From Vicugna vicugna (Eukaryota), in NCBI GenBank assembly GCA_013265495.1, contig MU058221.1, positions 5,068,066 through 5,132,065 of the forward strand: 64,000 nt of DNA, in the 5' to 3' direction. Within the stretch, counting starts at the first letter, position 1. Each line of letters begins with the position of its first letter. The translations under genes and the position numbers were made by a program. The notes beneath the pieces were generated by a model. The model did no database searches, had not been told where the DNA came from, and worked only from the letters and a program-made list of their open reading frames with translations. Below, piece by piece: positions 32,390-45,939 of the stretch.

Positions 32390-32788
32390 CCAGTAGCCAT
32401 TTCCTGCCCTCTTCTCCGTAGCCACTTCCATGGCAGCTGGGGGGACCTGTGACCTAGTGACTTAGCACTGGTCAATGAGGTTGTGAGGAAGTCCTCCAGG
32501 GGAATTTGGAAAAAAATTTTTCCCTCTCTGATAAATTTAAAGAAGCATGCTAATTAGAGGTCCTTCTCTGCCTCCTTGTTGTTCCCTTGTTTCCTGCCTT
32601 TGGATGTGATACTATGAGTATGCGATGCTTGGAGATAATGCAGCCATTTTGTGACTATGAGGAGAAGACCATAACAATTTTAGAGATACCAACTCAGCAC
32701 CTGGACTTGGTGGAACTGCTGAACTAAATCCTGGAACTGGCTATCTTCAGGCTTTTTAAAGTAAATATCACATTTTTTATGGTTAAGC
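32390..32788 (+). mobile_element. Old ERVL-type LTR remnant (LTR16/LTR33-like)
   Basis: tgatgcttggag...gcagccattttgtgactatgag motif. Confidence 0.4.
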
Positions 32789-33106
32789 CAGGGATCAGCA
32801 CGCTCTTTCAAAGCCAGATAGTAAATATTTTAGGCTTTGCAGGCCACATGGTGTCTTTTACAACAAGTCAACTAGACTGTTGTAGCGTGAACACAGCCAT
32901 AGAATGAGTATGGCTGTGTTCCCATTAGACTTTATTACGGACACTGAAATTTGGATTCATATTGTCTTAACATGTCACAATGTTTTACTCTTCTTTTGTT
33001 TTTTGTTCAATAATTTAAAAATTTAAAAACCATTCTTAACTCATGCCCTCTACAAAAACAGGTGAAGTTCCAATTTAGCCTGCAGGCCATAGTTTGCTCA
33101 CCCCTG
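32789..33106. mobile_element. MER58B-like hAT-Charlie element
   Basis: TIRs CAGGGATCAGCA / TGCTCACCCCTG; degenerate 8-bp TSD GGTTAAGC/GATGAAGC. Confidence 0.82.
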
Positions 33107-34286
33107 GATGAAGCCCCACTAGTTGAGTATTCTGTTACTGCAACTAAAAGCAGTCCAAGCCCTAATTTACAAAGACCGTCCTTAAACACCATGTATTGAG
33201 CCTCTTCCACTTTTAACCCCAGAGGAGTCAGAGAGAGGCAGAGCTGGTTTCCTCCTTACTTGATTTTCCTTAACATTAATCAACACACACCAGAAAGCAC
33301 ACTGAACATGTTGAGACTGGGATAACATAATCTGAGGCATAAATTGGGACCTGGATATGCATGAGTGTCTCTGGCAGCTTATTTGCCTGAGCAATTGAGC
33401 AGACTTCTGGGAAAGCTCTGATCCCAAAATACACCAAGGAGTTACTAACTCCCGACCAGCCTGGCCCAGTAAAGACACTCTGGTCATGGGAGGAGAGGAG
33501 CACAGTGTGTCTCAGACTAGAAACACAAAAATAGAAAACCCTTTTTATTTTCCACATTGATGTGACCGTAAGTAGCTGCAAGGCCCCTCCAATGGATGCG
33601 ACACAACAGCGATGAACTAGGTCTCCCCCCGCCACCCCGTTCCACAATGGAACACTGAGCCGTGTTAGCACCACAAAGTGCCAATGTCTCCCAGCACCTA
33701 GAGGTCCCAGAAGACAGCTGGTGGGGGACTCAGGACAACCCTCATGCCAGAGAGGAGCCCATGTACTTCTGAGTTCTTGTGAGCCACCCTGAATGACGCC
33801 AGAAAGTCTTGCTGTGCCCTTTGCAGGGACTGGCGCCGCACAGCTGCTGTGTAAGTGACAACCAGGCTCAGGTCCAAGGGGCAGGGGGCAAACGATACAT
33901 CTCCATCTTCTCACCAGGCCAGTGTATCTCTCTCAGCCTTCCTTTCCAGTGCCCTCTGGGAGACCTCCCCTGTGTCCCTCTGCCTCCTCCAGCTTTTGTG
34001 CGTAAGCTACCTTCTCCTTCATCTCACCCAGGAGCAGCGGAGAATCACGTTTCCACTGGACACTCAGCTCCTGCCCCAGGAGCCGTGAGGGACCCTTTCT
34101 CGCCTGTCCTCTCTCCCTGTGGTTTCTGCCCTCATTATGACGGACCAGCGAGATGGGGGAAACAGAAAGAGCCCCAGATTTCCACCCCCTGTTTTCTAGC
34201 TGTTGTAGATCCTAAGGAACTCTCTGTCTGGAGCGCCTTTCCTAGAGACTGCCCCTGCCCATCTCCCTGACTATGGGAGCTGCCAC

Positions 34287-34938
34287 TGTTGTCGGTAGAT
34301 GTAACCGGTGTCCAGGTTCTTGTCCTGTCCCCAGAAAGAATTCAGAGACGAGACGCAGAGGTTAAGAAAGTAAAGTGGGGATTTATTAAGGGATGGACAG
34401 GACACTCTCAAGGGGAGGGCGGGCAGGCTCAGGGGAGCGGCTGCCCTGAGTTTCTTTGGCAAGTTAGTTACACAGGGAGTAAAAATGAATGGGTGGAATA
34501 TTCACTAGGGAGGGAAGGGTCTGGGGTCTTATTCCCTGATTTTCATTCCGACTCCACCTTTCGGAAGGGAGGAGGGATTTTTGTCCTTATTTAGTTTGGA
34601 TCAGAAGTGTCATGGCATCGGTGCATGCTGGGTACTTCTAATCTGCAATTTTATTGAAATGAGGGCATAATAAGCAAAAGGTTACATTCGGACACTGGAG
34701 ATCCTTGCCTTTCGACACCTTTCTTTGTCAGCCTCCAGGCCACTCATCACCCCAGAAGGTGTGACTCCTTATCAGCCCAGAGGTTCCTGCTTTTCTTTCT
34801 CTGCCCAGGGACCCCTGGTGCTCACATGATGTTTGGTTTCCTGCATTTGGCCTGTGCCCCTCCTTTCTGCCCAGTTCCTGCCATTTGGCCTGCGCCCCCC
34901 TTTCTCTGCTCAGATCTAGCCATCTGCCTGCTCTAGCG
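34287..34938 (-). mobile_element. ERV1-class solo LTR, relatively young
   Basis: 4-bp TSD CCAC on both sides, minus-strand AATAAA near 34382, internal short tandem duplication, retained CpGs. Confidence 0.8.
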
Positions 34939-35099
34939 CCACATTAGTAAAATGTGCCTCCACTTCTCGCCCACTCTTGGTGCTGGTCAGGACAGGGGTC
35001 TGCTCCCAGGCCAGCCATGACACTCTACTCTCCTAGCCAAAATTAACTGGTCACTTCCCCAGGAGTTTTAAACTAGGGTTTGAGAGAATCAAATGTATT

Positions 35100-36270
35100 C
35101 CTGAAATTGACTGAAATGGCGATGGAGGAATTTGTGAAAAGGCATAACGGAGGAAGAACACAGGGAACCTGAGAGGAGACACAGCAATAAAGTTTTGGAA
35201 GCTGGGGAGCAGATGGCTGAATGATTACTGAATTAGAAGACCTGAGAAAGCTGAATTCTAAACTGTGGGAAAAACCAAGCAACAGCCCATTTACACCACA
35301 CGACCCCCCAAACACTTGCAATTGGAGGTGCCAGGTACACTCATTCGAAGTAAGGTTAACAGTGGTCTTAAAAACAGGAGGACTGATTAAATGTCTGATT
35401 AAGAAGCAATTAGACCCCCAGTCCTCCCCCCACTGTCCTTAGTGAGTGACTGCCTCTCCTCCACCTCAGCAGAAAACACTAGAGACTTCCACTAGGGGAG
35501 GGTGACACCCACCAGGGGAGGGTGACACAGGGCTTCTGGGCTGGGAGACCTCAGCCACAGTCGAGAGCAGAGGTGTCATACGGGAGACAGGAGGCTTTAA
35601 GGAGGGGCATCCTATGTACTAAATTTGGAGAGCATCTCTCTTCCCCTTTTCTGCAACAGGAACTGGCAGTCAGACATATTCCGTCCTGGGCAAGAGACTG
35701 GAAAAAACTTTTCTGAGAAATCTGACCAAGCCAAGAAAAAAGACCTATAGATAGTGACAGTCAGAGGTGACCCAATGAATCGACCCAGCCAGGTAACCCC
35801 ACGGCGAAGTCCCCAGCTGACCTGCTCCCCACCCCCTGATGAGGGACTTCCAGTTAGCTTTTCTGGGCCCCACTCTGAAATATGTGTGCAGTCGGGATGT
35901 CTGCAGGATGATGGCCAGTGAGACCCCAAGACCACCCTTACAGACGCCTAAAGAGCAGCCCACACAGGCTGGACCAGGTCAAAGGCACTGGGAGAGATTT
36001 CTTCAAGACGATGAAACTGATGGAACATCCCTTGTGTTTGAACACATTGAGAGACTTATACCATTCTGATGGGAGTGGGGAGTTTGGGATTGAACCAGCA
36101 ATAGCTACACTGAAAACCAAGCAAATGAAAAACAAGATATTTAGTAACTCTGGGGAATAACAGAATTGTGTAGTAAACGGAACCTATTCTCTTGGGATGA
36201 TTGAGAGGTTAAGGTGAAGTGGGGAGGGGGCAGCAGTCAGTTCTCACCCTTCATAGCAAGAAGTCAATAC
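35100..36270 (+). mobile_element. Possible ancient L1 5'-region remnant
   Basis: A/G-rich sequence resembling L1M 5' UTR by eye. Confidence 0.35.
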
Positions 36271-36279
36271 ATAGCACCA

Positions 36280-36400
36280 GGGGGAGGGTATAGCTCAGTG
36301 GTAAAGGGTGCACTTAGCAGGCACGAGGTCCTGGGTTCAATCCCCACCACCTCCATTAAAATAAATAAACCTAATTACCTCCAAAAATCATACAAAAAAT
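36280..36400 (+). mobile_element. Vic-1-like SINE
   Basis: tRNA-Ala head, TSD ATAGCACC. Confidence 0.9.
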
Positions 36401-37140
36401 ATAGCACCTAAAACTCTTTCACGGGTGCCAAGAGCAACACCAGTCACTTTCTAATGAATTCTCCAGTTTGGTTAAGGTTGTCAGAGTTGTCTTCCACTGT
36501 TTGAAACAAAGAATCCTAGCTAAACTGTTAGCCGTGAGATCCCCAGCTAATCACTTCCCAGCCCCACCCACACAGCAAGCCTTTCTTCTTTGATTCTATT
36601 CGTCTTTTAGCAGACAACCATTTTCATCTCCTCTCTCACCTACTCAGCCTTCCTACCAGTATCTGCCACACCTATTTACCAAAACTGAACTTCCTTTTAG
36701 GGGTGTGTGCTCTAATCTCTATTGTGTCACAGTGAAAGAAATTGGGAAACCCTGAATGCAGGGAACCTGCCTAGGCAATCCCTGGGGGAGGGGCGGGGAG
36801 AGAATGAAGCCCTGAGTTTCCAGCATTTAGGTGCGATTCCACTGCTCCCCCATCTTGGACACTCAGCTTGGATTGCCTACACTACAAATTGCAAGTTGAT
36901 TTATTTATAAGTTTTATCTCACCTACATCTTAGACTTTGTCTCACATCTTAGGAATCAACTTTGCAAAATTAATAAGATGCAGGCAAAGACAGTTAAAAA
37001 ATACAAACCAAAGCTCAAGTAAAAAGGTCAGGGAAATGACTATGTCAAGGAACCTGTGATGATAAATTGATAGAACGAAGTGCAAAATTTTGTTCCAAGT
37101 TTGTTGGTAGGTAGGACACAATAGAAACTACACAACTTTG

Positions 37141-37279
37141 TTGTTGTTTTTTTGTTTTGTTTTTGTTTTTGGTGGGGGGAGGTAATTAGGCTTATTTTTA
37201 GAGGAGTCACTGGGGATTGAACCTAGGACCTCACGCATGCTAAACGTGCGCTCTACCACTTGAGCTATACCCTCCCCCC
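37141..37279 (-). mobile_element. Vic-1-like SINE
   Basis: Perfect 17-bp TSD GAAACTACACAACTTTG (37124-37140 and 37280-37296). Confidence 0.93.
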
Positions 37280-37339
37280 GAAACTACACAACTTTGGAGT
37301 CACTTGATACTCAAAAAATATTCAACAACTACTGAATCA

Positions 37340-37752
37340 TTCCGGATGATGTTTGGCTGCATATAACAGAAAAAAAGCTAATAACTGTACGCTTCTTCTG
37401 AGGGTAAAAGAAGTCTGAAGTTGGGAAGCCAGGGTTAATACAGCTCCTTTCTGATCATCAGGGACCCAAGCAAGACCCCTTATTGTTGGATACGGCTGTT
37501 CAAGCCACAGCTGCTACATTCCCATCCCAGGTAGAAGTGAAGAGGATCAGGAGAGTATTTCCTGTTTATTTTAAGGAGACTTCCAGGAAGTCCCATTTAA
37601 TACTTCCACTTCCACTTTAATGCGCTAAACTTTAATGAAACATGAACACACCCAGCTACAAAGGAATACAGGAACATCTTTTAGCTGAGTGCATTGCTAC
37701 CCCACATGGGATCCTGAAGGAACGCTGAGGTAGGCAACTAGCAATTTCTGCT
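37340..37752 (-). mobile_element. Old MLT1 (J/K-like) LTR remnant
   Basis: ttggctgca..taacagaaa...cccagctacaaagga...ggtaggcaactagc pattern. Confidence 0.5.
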
Positions 37753-38850
37753 CCAAACACTCATTATGTGGCAAGTGCTTCTTGCCTCAAGACATACAGA
37801 GATGAAGATGATAGAGTCCTCGCCCTCAAGGAACTCACGGATTTGGGGAAGGCACTCATAATCGACTAAATATTACACCATTAGGGAAAACATTCTGTAA
37901 AGATGTGAACAAAAAATTGCGGGAGGAGAAAGGAGGTAGCGATGAGTTCTGTCTGGAGACATAAAGGAAACTGACAATTGAGCCGGGCCTTAAACAGAAT
38001 AGAAATTCACAGCAGAAGAGAAAGAATTGCAGGTGCAGGCAGGAGTATGAAGAAAGAGAAATATTAGAGCAGATGGATTCTTCGGGGATAACTTTGATTC
38101 ATTTTGTATGTCTTTAAAAGGGCTGTCAGAGTCCTGTTAGAAGATAAGGCCAAAATAAAGTGATGAAAGGTCCCCAAACTCAACAGAATGAAGGTTGATC
38201 CTTCTGGAGGGGATAGGGAGCCCTGGAGGTTTGTAAGCAGGGATATCACGGGATCAGATTCTGTGTTCAAAAGATAACCACGGAATGAGGGAAATAATGA
38301 ACGAAGGCGGGGGGGCCCGGGAAGGAAAGTGACCAACTAAGGGACAAGCGAATTGTTCAAATGGTATGTGTCAAGGACCTGAACTAGGTAGGTGGGGCGC
38401 ACGGGGCTGGGAAGGCGGGAATGGTCTAGAGAGACAAGTTTGCTCATCACAGGTTGGACGTGGAGAATGAGAGAAAAGCAGAGATCTGCTTAAACCCCCT
38501 GGAAGCTTCTGATTCTCAGTCTCTTCTACCCCTTCCTTAAACAAGGTGCTACCAGGTGCCTGGCACTGTTCTCTGCACTGGGAATCTACTGTGGGCAAGA
38601 CATGTGCCTCCTGCCCCCATGGAACTCATGTCTTGGTGGGGAGGGGTACAAATTAACTGAGCAATATAAGCACCTGGCTGGTGGGGTCAGGAACAAACAT
38701 CCACTATATGGAGGCAACTTTGGGGAGCAGAGTCTAGAGACAGTCACTGATGAATGGCGAAGCAAACAAGGGAATCAGGGCCAGATCTGTTCATTGAGGT
38801 ATAGTAATTTGGACAACAGGCTGCACCAAATCTTTAGAACGTCCAATGCC

Positions 38851-38944
38851 AGGGGTAGGAGGGTATAGCGCAGTGGTACAGCGGGTGCTTAGCATGCACG
38901 AGGTCCTGGGTTCAATCCCTTGTACCTCCATTAAAAAAAAAAAA
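38851..38944 (+). mobile_element. Short Vic-1-like SINE (tRNA head plus poly-A only)
   Basis: Anticodon loop TTAGCAT, A14 tail, TSD GTCCA(A/G)TGC. Confidence 0.85.
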
Positions 38945-40974
38945 GTCCAGTGCTCTGCCCCCACTAGCCAGTCTCTAGGGACATATATAATGATCTACCT
39001 CTTTAGTTAGTGAGGGCGCTTCCTCCAGGCGCCTGAGATGAAAGTTCAGAGTTCATCGGCCTAGAATCACACCCTGCAGTAGTGCGGGTATGGGGTGGCA
39101 AAGCTTTCTTTCCTGAACTGTGAGTGGGAATCTGTAACTAACGAGGCGTTTCTGGAAGGCAACTTGGCAATAAATATGAAACACCTTGGGAAAATACATT
39201 CCCTTGTCCAATGATTCTTCTAGAAATCTATCTTAAAGAAATAAATTAAGGATGTAAAACTGTTTACATGAGCAAAAAATTACAGATGAACTTACTGTCT
39301 AACAATAGAGAATTTGCCAACTAAATTCGTCCAGAGTTCCATTCTGCCATTCACATCCACCGAGGTCATTTGAAGTAGATGTGTGTGTGTGTGAGTGAGT
39401 TTTCCTTTTATTATGGAATAAACCATTTTGGTTAAGTTTTGAGCAGTGTAGAAACTTAAGCTAAATTATTGTGCATACTAGAAAAGCTGTTGATAATATG
39501 AGGAAATTTCAGTTTAAATTACAAATACAGTAGATTTTCTAAACTGTTTGTAAATATAACTATTCCCAAACAGAGGCTGTGCTGCATATAAATCTGCAAG
39601 GAATTATTTCACTTTTCAAATCAACTCTATGCATGTAGCGTACTGTAATATACTGAATAATCTGCATTGTACATTGATATTCAATTATTGAATTATTTAT
39701 GTGTTTTTACTATAGCCAATTATATTTATGATATAATTAAGCTAGAGTATACTATTTGAGTATATGTATTACTTAAATCATTATATTCTTGAGGCAAAGA
39801 ACAGATTAATAAAGTGCATTACAAATGTATTTATGAAATTACAATACTTTGGAATAGCAACAGACTAATATCCAGAAAACCTTATGATCCAGAAATATCT
39901 AATAATCTGGCATTTTCTAAGTCTGATCTATGCTTGGTTATTAAACTTTTACTGTATTATAAAAATTTGAAGCATACCAAAAACTGTCAAGAAGAAAAGT
40001 GAAAAACAAAAATAAATTTGATCCCACTTCCACCACCAGAGACAATTTGTTGTTCATAGGGAACATCCTTCCAGATGTTTCTATATGCATACATGCAGAG
40101 AAGAATGAGAATGAAAGAAAATATGTATTTGTTTTTTTGTGTAGGTGAGAAACAGAAGAAACGGAAATACAGAGAATGGAAATGCCCACACTAGCATTAC
40201 AAAAAATGGGATCATATTTTTCTTTTAAACACATGCATGACATTTACCATGAGAAAAAACTTGAAGTCTTGAACGTCAGAAAATATTTCTTGACACCAAG
40301 GTACACAGCTTCCTAAAAATAGCCCTTTAAATTAAAGAAAAGGATAACATTAAGAATTTTGAATCATTTTTTTAAAAGCAACATGTTTCAATTTCAGACA
40401 ATATCAACTGACTTCCAGCCAAGACACACAAGGAAATTAACACGCTTGTATTTTCTCTCATTTCCTCTCCTCTTACCTCCTCCTTTTAATTTTGTTGGCG
40501 GTATCATTTTCACATAGGAAAGGTTAATAATATTTACGTTCCATTCTTTTACCACAATTCCCACTGCTGTCTGATTGGTTTTGTATTTAAGTGGGTCTGG
40601 TACTCATTATTGGTTTTTCTTTTTAATCATAACTTTTCCATTTCTATTTCTTTTTCCATTTCTGTTTTTGGAGTCATCCCTTCCTTGGTGGGATTTTGTC
40701 ATCAAGTAGCCTTTTTTTTTTTTTTCCTATCAGTCTCATGGATTCTTGCATGCTTAAAGGGTCTGTGTCTTTACACTTAAAGGGTAAATCAGGTAAAAAC
40801 ACTTGGGTCATTCTTTCCCCCCAGATCTTTCTCTGCATTGCTCCTTTGTCTTCCAAGGTTGAGTGTTGCCTTGTAGGAAGCTAAGGACTGACTGACTCTT
40901 ACTCTTTGTACATGCCTTGCTTCTTCTACTTGGACACACTTAAGATGCAGCAACTTCACCAATATATAATCAGT

Positions 40975-41422
40975 ATATTATTCAGGATATAAATTCAGAC
41001 AGAAACCCAAGAAGCAGTGGCTTTAAGACAGAAAGTATTTGTTTCTCATTTCATGATATAAACTGATACAGCAGCAATGCTCCAATGAAATTGCCAGGGA
41101 TTCAGGCTCTTCTTGCTCAGTTGCTCTACCAGCCCTCGGGTGTTGTGCTTGTCCACATAGACCAAGATGCATATTCTAGCCAATGGAAAGGGGAGAAGAG
41201 GAAGGGAAGAGCACGGTCCTTCCCTTTAAGGATATACCCGGAAGTGCAAGTATTAATCTTTTATTCATATCCCATTGGACAGAACTTGGTCACATGACCC
41301 TATTTAACTGCAAGGAATGCTGGGAAATATAGTCTTCATTCCTGATGACCATACATCCAGCTAAAAATATTCTATTGTCATGGAAGAAGGGAGAATAAAT
41401 GCTGGAGAAAAACTAGCAGTCC
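40975..41422 (-). mobile_element. Old MLT1 (J-like) LTR
   Basis: cccattgg.cagaactt.gtcacatg.cc....taactgcaagga..gctgggaaat.tagtct motif. Confidence 0.65.
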
Positions 41423-41719
41423 TTGTTATAATCAATCTGGACCAGTTTTTCTCCTAGGATGTGGTCTGTCCTTTCAATCTGTAGATTCAAATCTTTATTT
41501 CAGGAAATTTTTCTCTTTAACACCTGTGAAATTCTTGTATCCCATTTATTGTGTTTTATACTTTAGAAATGCCAAGTATACATCTTCTGTGCATCTTTTT
41601 TATTTTAACTTTTGTATCTGTATTTGAATCCTTTGTATGTCTCTTCGATTTTAATCATCTTTCCTCTAAATATTTTTAAAAGGCTTTTTTTTTTTCTGTT
41701 TCATTTTGTTTTCATTTGT

Positions 41720-42770
41720 GTTCTTAGAACCAGGTAGAACCCCGCAGCACCCCTACCCCCGTCCTAATCCACTCACCCCTCAAGTACAAAACTGAGCAGT
41801 TAATGATTAGGACAATACAGTCACAGACTCAGCGTCTGATGTGCATCCCAGATACTATAACTGGCACCAGAGGGAAAAAACTACCAGACTGTACACATGA
41901 CATCAGCTGCTCCATCTTAAGCAGTACTCAGTCTATGGCTAGCACACTTCCAAGAACTGGCCTCAAGAGAATGGGATTAACGTTATTGCTCATAATAATC
42001 TATGCCTTTGTAAGCTTCAAAACAACTGTAGCTTGCTCTGCCTGTATACGTAAGCAGGCAACTAAGATTGTCAGCAAAGAAATACTACAGACCCATGTTG
42101 ACATCTTCCATTCTGACAATACGGTGCCCTATGTCAGCACGAAGAAATTACAGAAGGTGGACTTTCGCCCCAAGTCCCATAGAAATGGAGTAATGTTTGA
42201 CAGTGAGGAGGTGAGAGCAGATCCTTTGCCCCCTTCCTGTTTGCCCATTTCTCTCCTCCTCTGACCTTAAAAGAACCTAATTATAGGGGTGAGATCACTG
42301 AGCAACTGAAACTAACTCCTGACTTATGCTCTCTTGAATGCACACCATGCCTTGTCTAACCTGTTGATTCTTTTCCTAGATAAAAAGAGGTAAGAATGAA
42401 GAATTAAGCCGTTAAAGAATGACTAGCTCTCTACCCCTACTAGCCCCCTTAGCAATCCTACAGGCAGATCACTGGGGCAAGATAACGTCTGAAGAGAGAG
42501 TCAGCTGTCTGCACGCAATGGAAACTGATGCAGAACCCAGACTCCTGCCTCCATGATTCACTGAGATTCCCCCCCACCGCCCGTTTCTCCCTTTAAAAAC
42601 TGTCACGGCTGAGCAGAATCACTGGAGATGGTCTCTGGACATGAGTCAACGGTCTCCCCAGATTGCCAGCTTTTCTGATTAAAGCACCTTTCCTTTCCGT
42701 TGACACGTGCCTCTCGAATTATTGGCTTTTGAGCTGCAAGCAGCTGAAAATGTCCCCCCCGTGAGTTGGG
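41720..42770 (+). mobile_element. ERV1-type LTR sequence (one long or two adjacent LTR pieces)
   Basis: TATA-like TTTAAAAA near 42592, ATTAAA 42678-42683, typical U5 (cctttcctttc...attggcttttgagc.gc.agcagc). Confidence 0.6.
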
Positions 42771-43560
42771 GGACATTCTCAACTGTATTCATTCAGAAAA
42801 CTTTCCAGTTCTATTTATCCCAGTTTTTATGGCTTCTAATATGGTGGTTATCCCTGTGATGTTGCTGTTTTTTCTTCCTCTCTTTCTGAACTAGGCCAGC
42901 CTGCTTTCCATCTCCTCGTGTCCCCTTAGAATCTCTTCTTTGCACGCTTGCCTCTTTCTTTGAGCTCTCTCATCAAAGAGAGACTATTTCATCTCACATT
43001 CTTTGAGACCGTGGAGAATTATTTGCTAGACTCTCTGTTTCCTGAAGTAATCCCTCTTCTAATGGATGCTTTTTTTAACCTGCTTTTTGCTTATATGTCT
43101 CTCCTTCTAGGGGAGGTAAGGGCCACTTAAGATCTATGAGCAGAAGGAAGAAGGAGGCTGGAGAGGCTCCACCATATAGGAGACAGACCTGATTTTTTTT
43201 TTTTTTGCCCCATGGTTAACTTTGTGGTGTTTTTACTGTCAGACAGATACATACATAATTTTTCCTTACAAAATGAAGTGACAATTTACATACTATTTTG
43301 CAATCTGTTTTCTTCATGTCATATTTCACAAAAATGTTTTTATGTCATTAAATATATTTCTCCCACATTAAGTAGTTACATTGCATTCCATTGGCATGAT
43401 ACATCACATTTTTAACCCGGTCTCTATTGGTAGACCTTTGTATTGTTTACAGTAATTACTATTGTAATCTAATGGATGCATAATTTAGAATCTCTTATTT
43501 TTACTCTCTAGATTTGAAGCTAAAGTTGTGGAGGATCTCATAGTATCTCTGTCTCTCTCT

Positions 43561-43707
43561 TTTAATATTTTATTTATTATTGTATTATTTAATTATTTTA
43601 CTGGGGGTAATTAGGTTTATTTATTTTTAAAGGAGGTACTGGGGATTGAACCCACGACCTCATGCATGCTCAGCATGTGCTCTACCACTTGAGCTATGCC
43701 CTCCCCC
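43561..43707 (-). mobile_element. Vic-1-like SINE
   Basis: Reverse complement of the consensus, next to an L1 tail. Confidence 0.88.
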
Positions 43708-43719
43708 TTCTCTTTCTCT

Positions 43720-44285
43720 TTTTTATTGAGGTATAATTCACATGCTATTAAACCTACCCTTTAAAAGTACAATCCTGTACTTTAAAAGTTTGCAACTCAG
43801 TGGGTTCTAGTATATTCACAGAGTTGTGCAATCATCACCATCCATTTCTAGAACATTTTCTTCACCCCCAAAAGAAATACAATATAGATTAGCAGCCACC
43901 TCCCCACTCCTCTCTCCTTGTAGCTCCTGGCGACAACTGATCCACTTTCTCTCTCTTTGAATTTGCCTATTGTCAACATTTCATATCAATGAAATTATAT
44001 AACAAGTGGTCCTTTGTGACTGGCTACTTTCACTTAGCATTATGTTTTCAAGGTTTGCCCACCTTGCGGAATGTATCAGTACTCAACTCCTTTTTTATGG
44101 CCAAGTAATATTTCATTGCATGAATAGACTACATTTTGTTTATCCACTCATCAGTTGGTGGACATTTGGGTTGTTTGAACCTTCTGGAAATTATGAAAAA
44201 GTTGTGATAAACATTTATGTACAAGTTTTTGTGCATATATATGTTTCTCATTCTCTTGGGTATGTACCTAGTGGTGGAAGGGCTG
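43720..44285 (-). mobile_element. L1 3' end (L1MB-like)
   Basis: tttattgaggtataattcacat...tttgtgactggct.ctttcacttagcat.atgttttcaaggtt. Confidence 0.85.
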
Positions 44286-44541
44286 AAACAAATAAGAGGT
44301 CAGACGTTTTTTTTTTCCCCAGGCTTACTCTTAACCCCTGTGTTTCTAATTCTACATGACATCACCAACCCCTATCAGATTTAGTTTCTATGGACTGAAT
44401 CTACACTTCCTGCTTGATCTGGAAGTCAGCTTGCTTTAAGGTGTGAAGGAAGAGACCTATGATCTACTATTCAGCTGCTCTTATCCTGTCTCACCCCTAC
44501 TTTACACAGTATCTGGTGCCTTCATGGGGTCTGCGGACACT

Positions 44542-44671
44542 TTTTTTGTTTGTTTTTATGAGGGGGGGTAATTAGGTTTATTTATTTCTATTTGGAGGAG
44601 GTGCTGGGGATTGAACCCAGGGCCTCGTGCATGCTAAGCACGTGCTCTACCACTTGAGCTATGCCCTCCCC
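44542..44671 (-). mobile_element. Vic-1-like SINE
   Basis: TSD TCTGC(G/A)GACACT. Confidence 0.9.
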
Positions 44672-45121
44672 TCTGCAGACACTCTAAACGATGCCTTCCT
44701 CCACTTCACTAATTTAGTTGCTTCTCCCTACTTCATGCTCTGTCTTTCAGAAACTTGTTGAAATCTCTTCTCTGCCGATGTCTCCTGACTCCTGTAGGGG
44801 TTAGGCCCTTTTAAATTCCTTCGCTGTCATTTTAGTAGGGTTGAGGGGAGGAGAGGCTATAAATACCAGCTTGTTGAACTGGAAATTGCACTAATTATGC
44901 ATGTCTTTCTGGTCATTGCTCATCTTTGAAAGAGACCAGCTATTTGTTAAAAATTAGTTTAGAGAAACAAAAGGCAAGTGATCTGGACAGACCACAGTTT
45001 TAAACTGACTATTTTCCTTCCAATACTGTACCACCACATCTGTTTTCTCCTCTGCCAGGGGCCGTGTCTTCCTAGCTTTCAAGATAAAAGGAGTCAGTGT
45101 GGTAACAATCCTTGAGACAGG

Positions 45122-45646
45122 TTTTGTCTGAGTCTGGGCTGCTATATAAAAAAAACTCCATGGCCTGGGTGTCTTAACCAACAAGAATTTACTTCTAAGA
45201 GTTCTGGAAGCTGAGAAGTCCAAGATCAAGGTGTCAGCAGATTTGGTGTCTGGTGAGAGCCTGCTTCCTGGTTCACCGACTGCTGTCTTTTTTGGGGGGT
45301 TTTTGTTCTTTTTTTTGGCAGGGGGGATTAGGTTTATTTATTTATTAAAAAAATTTTTTTTTAGTGGAGGCAATGGGGATTGAACCCAGGACCTCATGAA
45401 TGCTAAGTGTGCACTCTACCACTGAGCCATACCATCCCCTCTTGCTGTCTTCTCACTACATCTACAGATGGCAGGAGTGGTGGGGGAGCTCTGGGGTCTC
45501 TTTTTAAGGGCACTAATCCTATTCATGAGGGCTGCACCCTCATGACCCAATCACCTCCCAAAGGTCCCACCTCTAAATACCATCACATTGGAGATTATGT
45601 TTCAACATATGAATTTTAAGGGGACACAAACATTCAGTGTATAGCA
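45122..45646 (-). mobile_element. MLT1A-type LTR containing a nested SINE
   Basis: gttctggaagctgagaagtccaagatcaaggtgtcagcag...ggacacaaacattcag..tatagca. Confidence 0.85.
45290..45442 (-). mobile_element. Vic-1-like SINE nested in MLT1A
   Basis: TSD TGCTGTCTT. Confidence 0.88.
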
Positions 45647-45939
45647 GACTTTCTCTGTTCCCTCATTCCCCCTTCCAGCTCTCCCCTTACCCTCAGCAGT
45701 TTCTCTCAGCTAGGAGACCAGGATACAGACAATTAACACAGCATCTGTGCCTGGTTTCTCTGTTACTTCCGCCTCCCCACTCCCTACATCCTGCAGGGTG
45801 GAGTTACCTCTCTGGAGTCATTCCAGCCTCTCACTTTATGGTTCCATACAATGGACCATTAAGGTGAGGCTTCTAGAACAGTGCCCTTACCTTTACTTGG
45901 CAGTATACGGCTTCAGTGTATCATTGAAGCTGGAGACAG

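Noticed and set aside
33276..34270. 212-aa (-) and 153-aa (+) ORFs
   Set aside because: No domain similarity or splice context; consistent with chance ORFs.
38851..38944. Apparent tRNA-Ala gene (also 63191-63280 and other SINE heads)
   Set aside because: Poly-A tail, TSD, 5' extension and stem mismatches mark these as SINE copies, not tRNA genes.
41803..42264. 153-aa ORF with a hydrophobic stretch
   Set aside because: Lies within LTR-like sequence and shows no gag/pol/env motifs.
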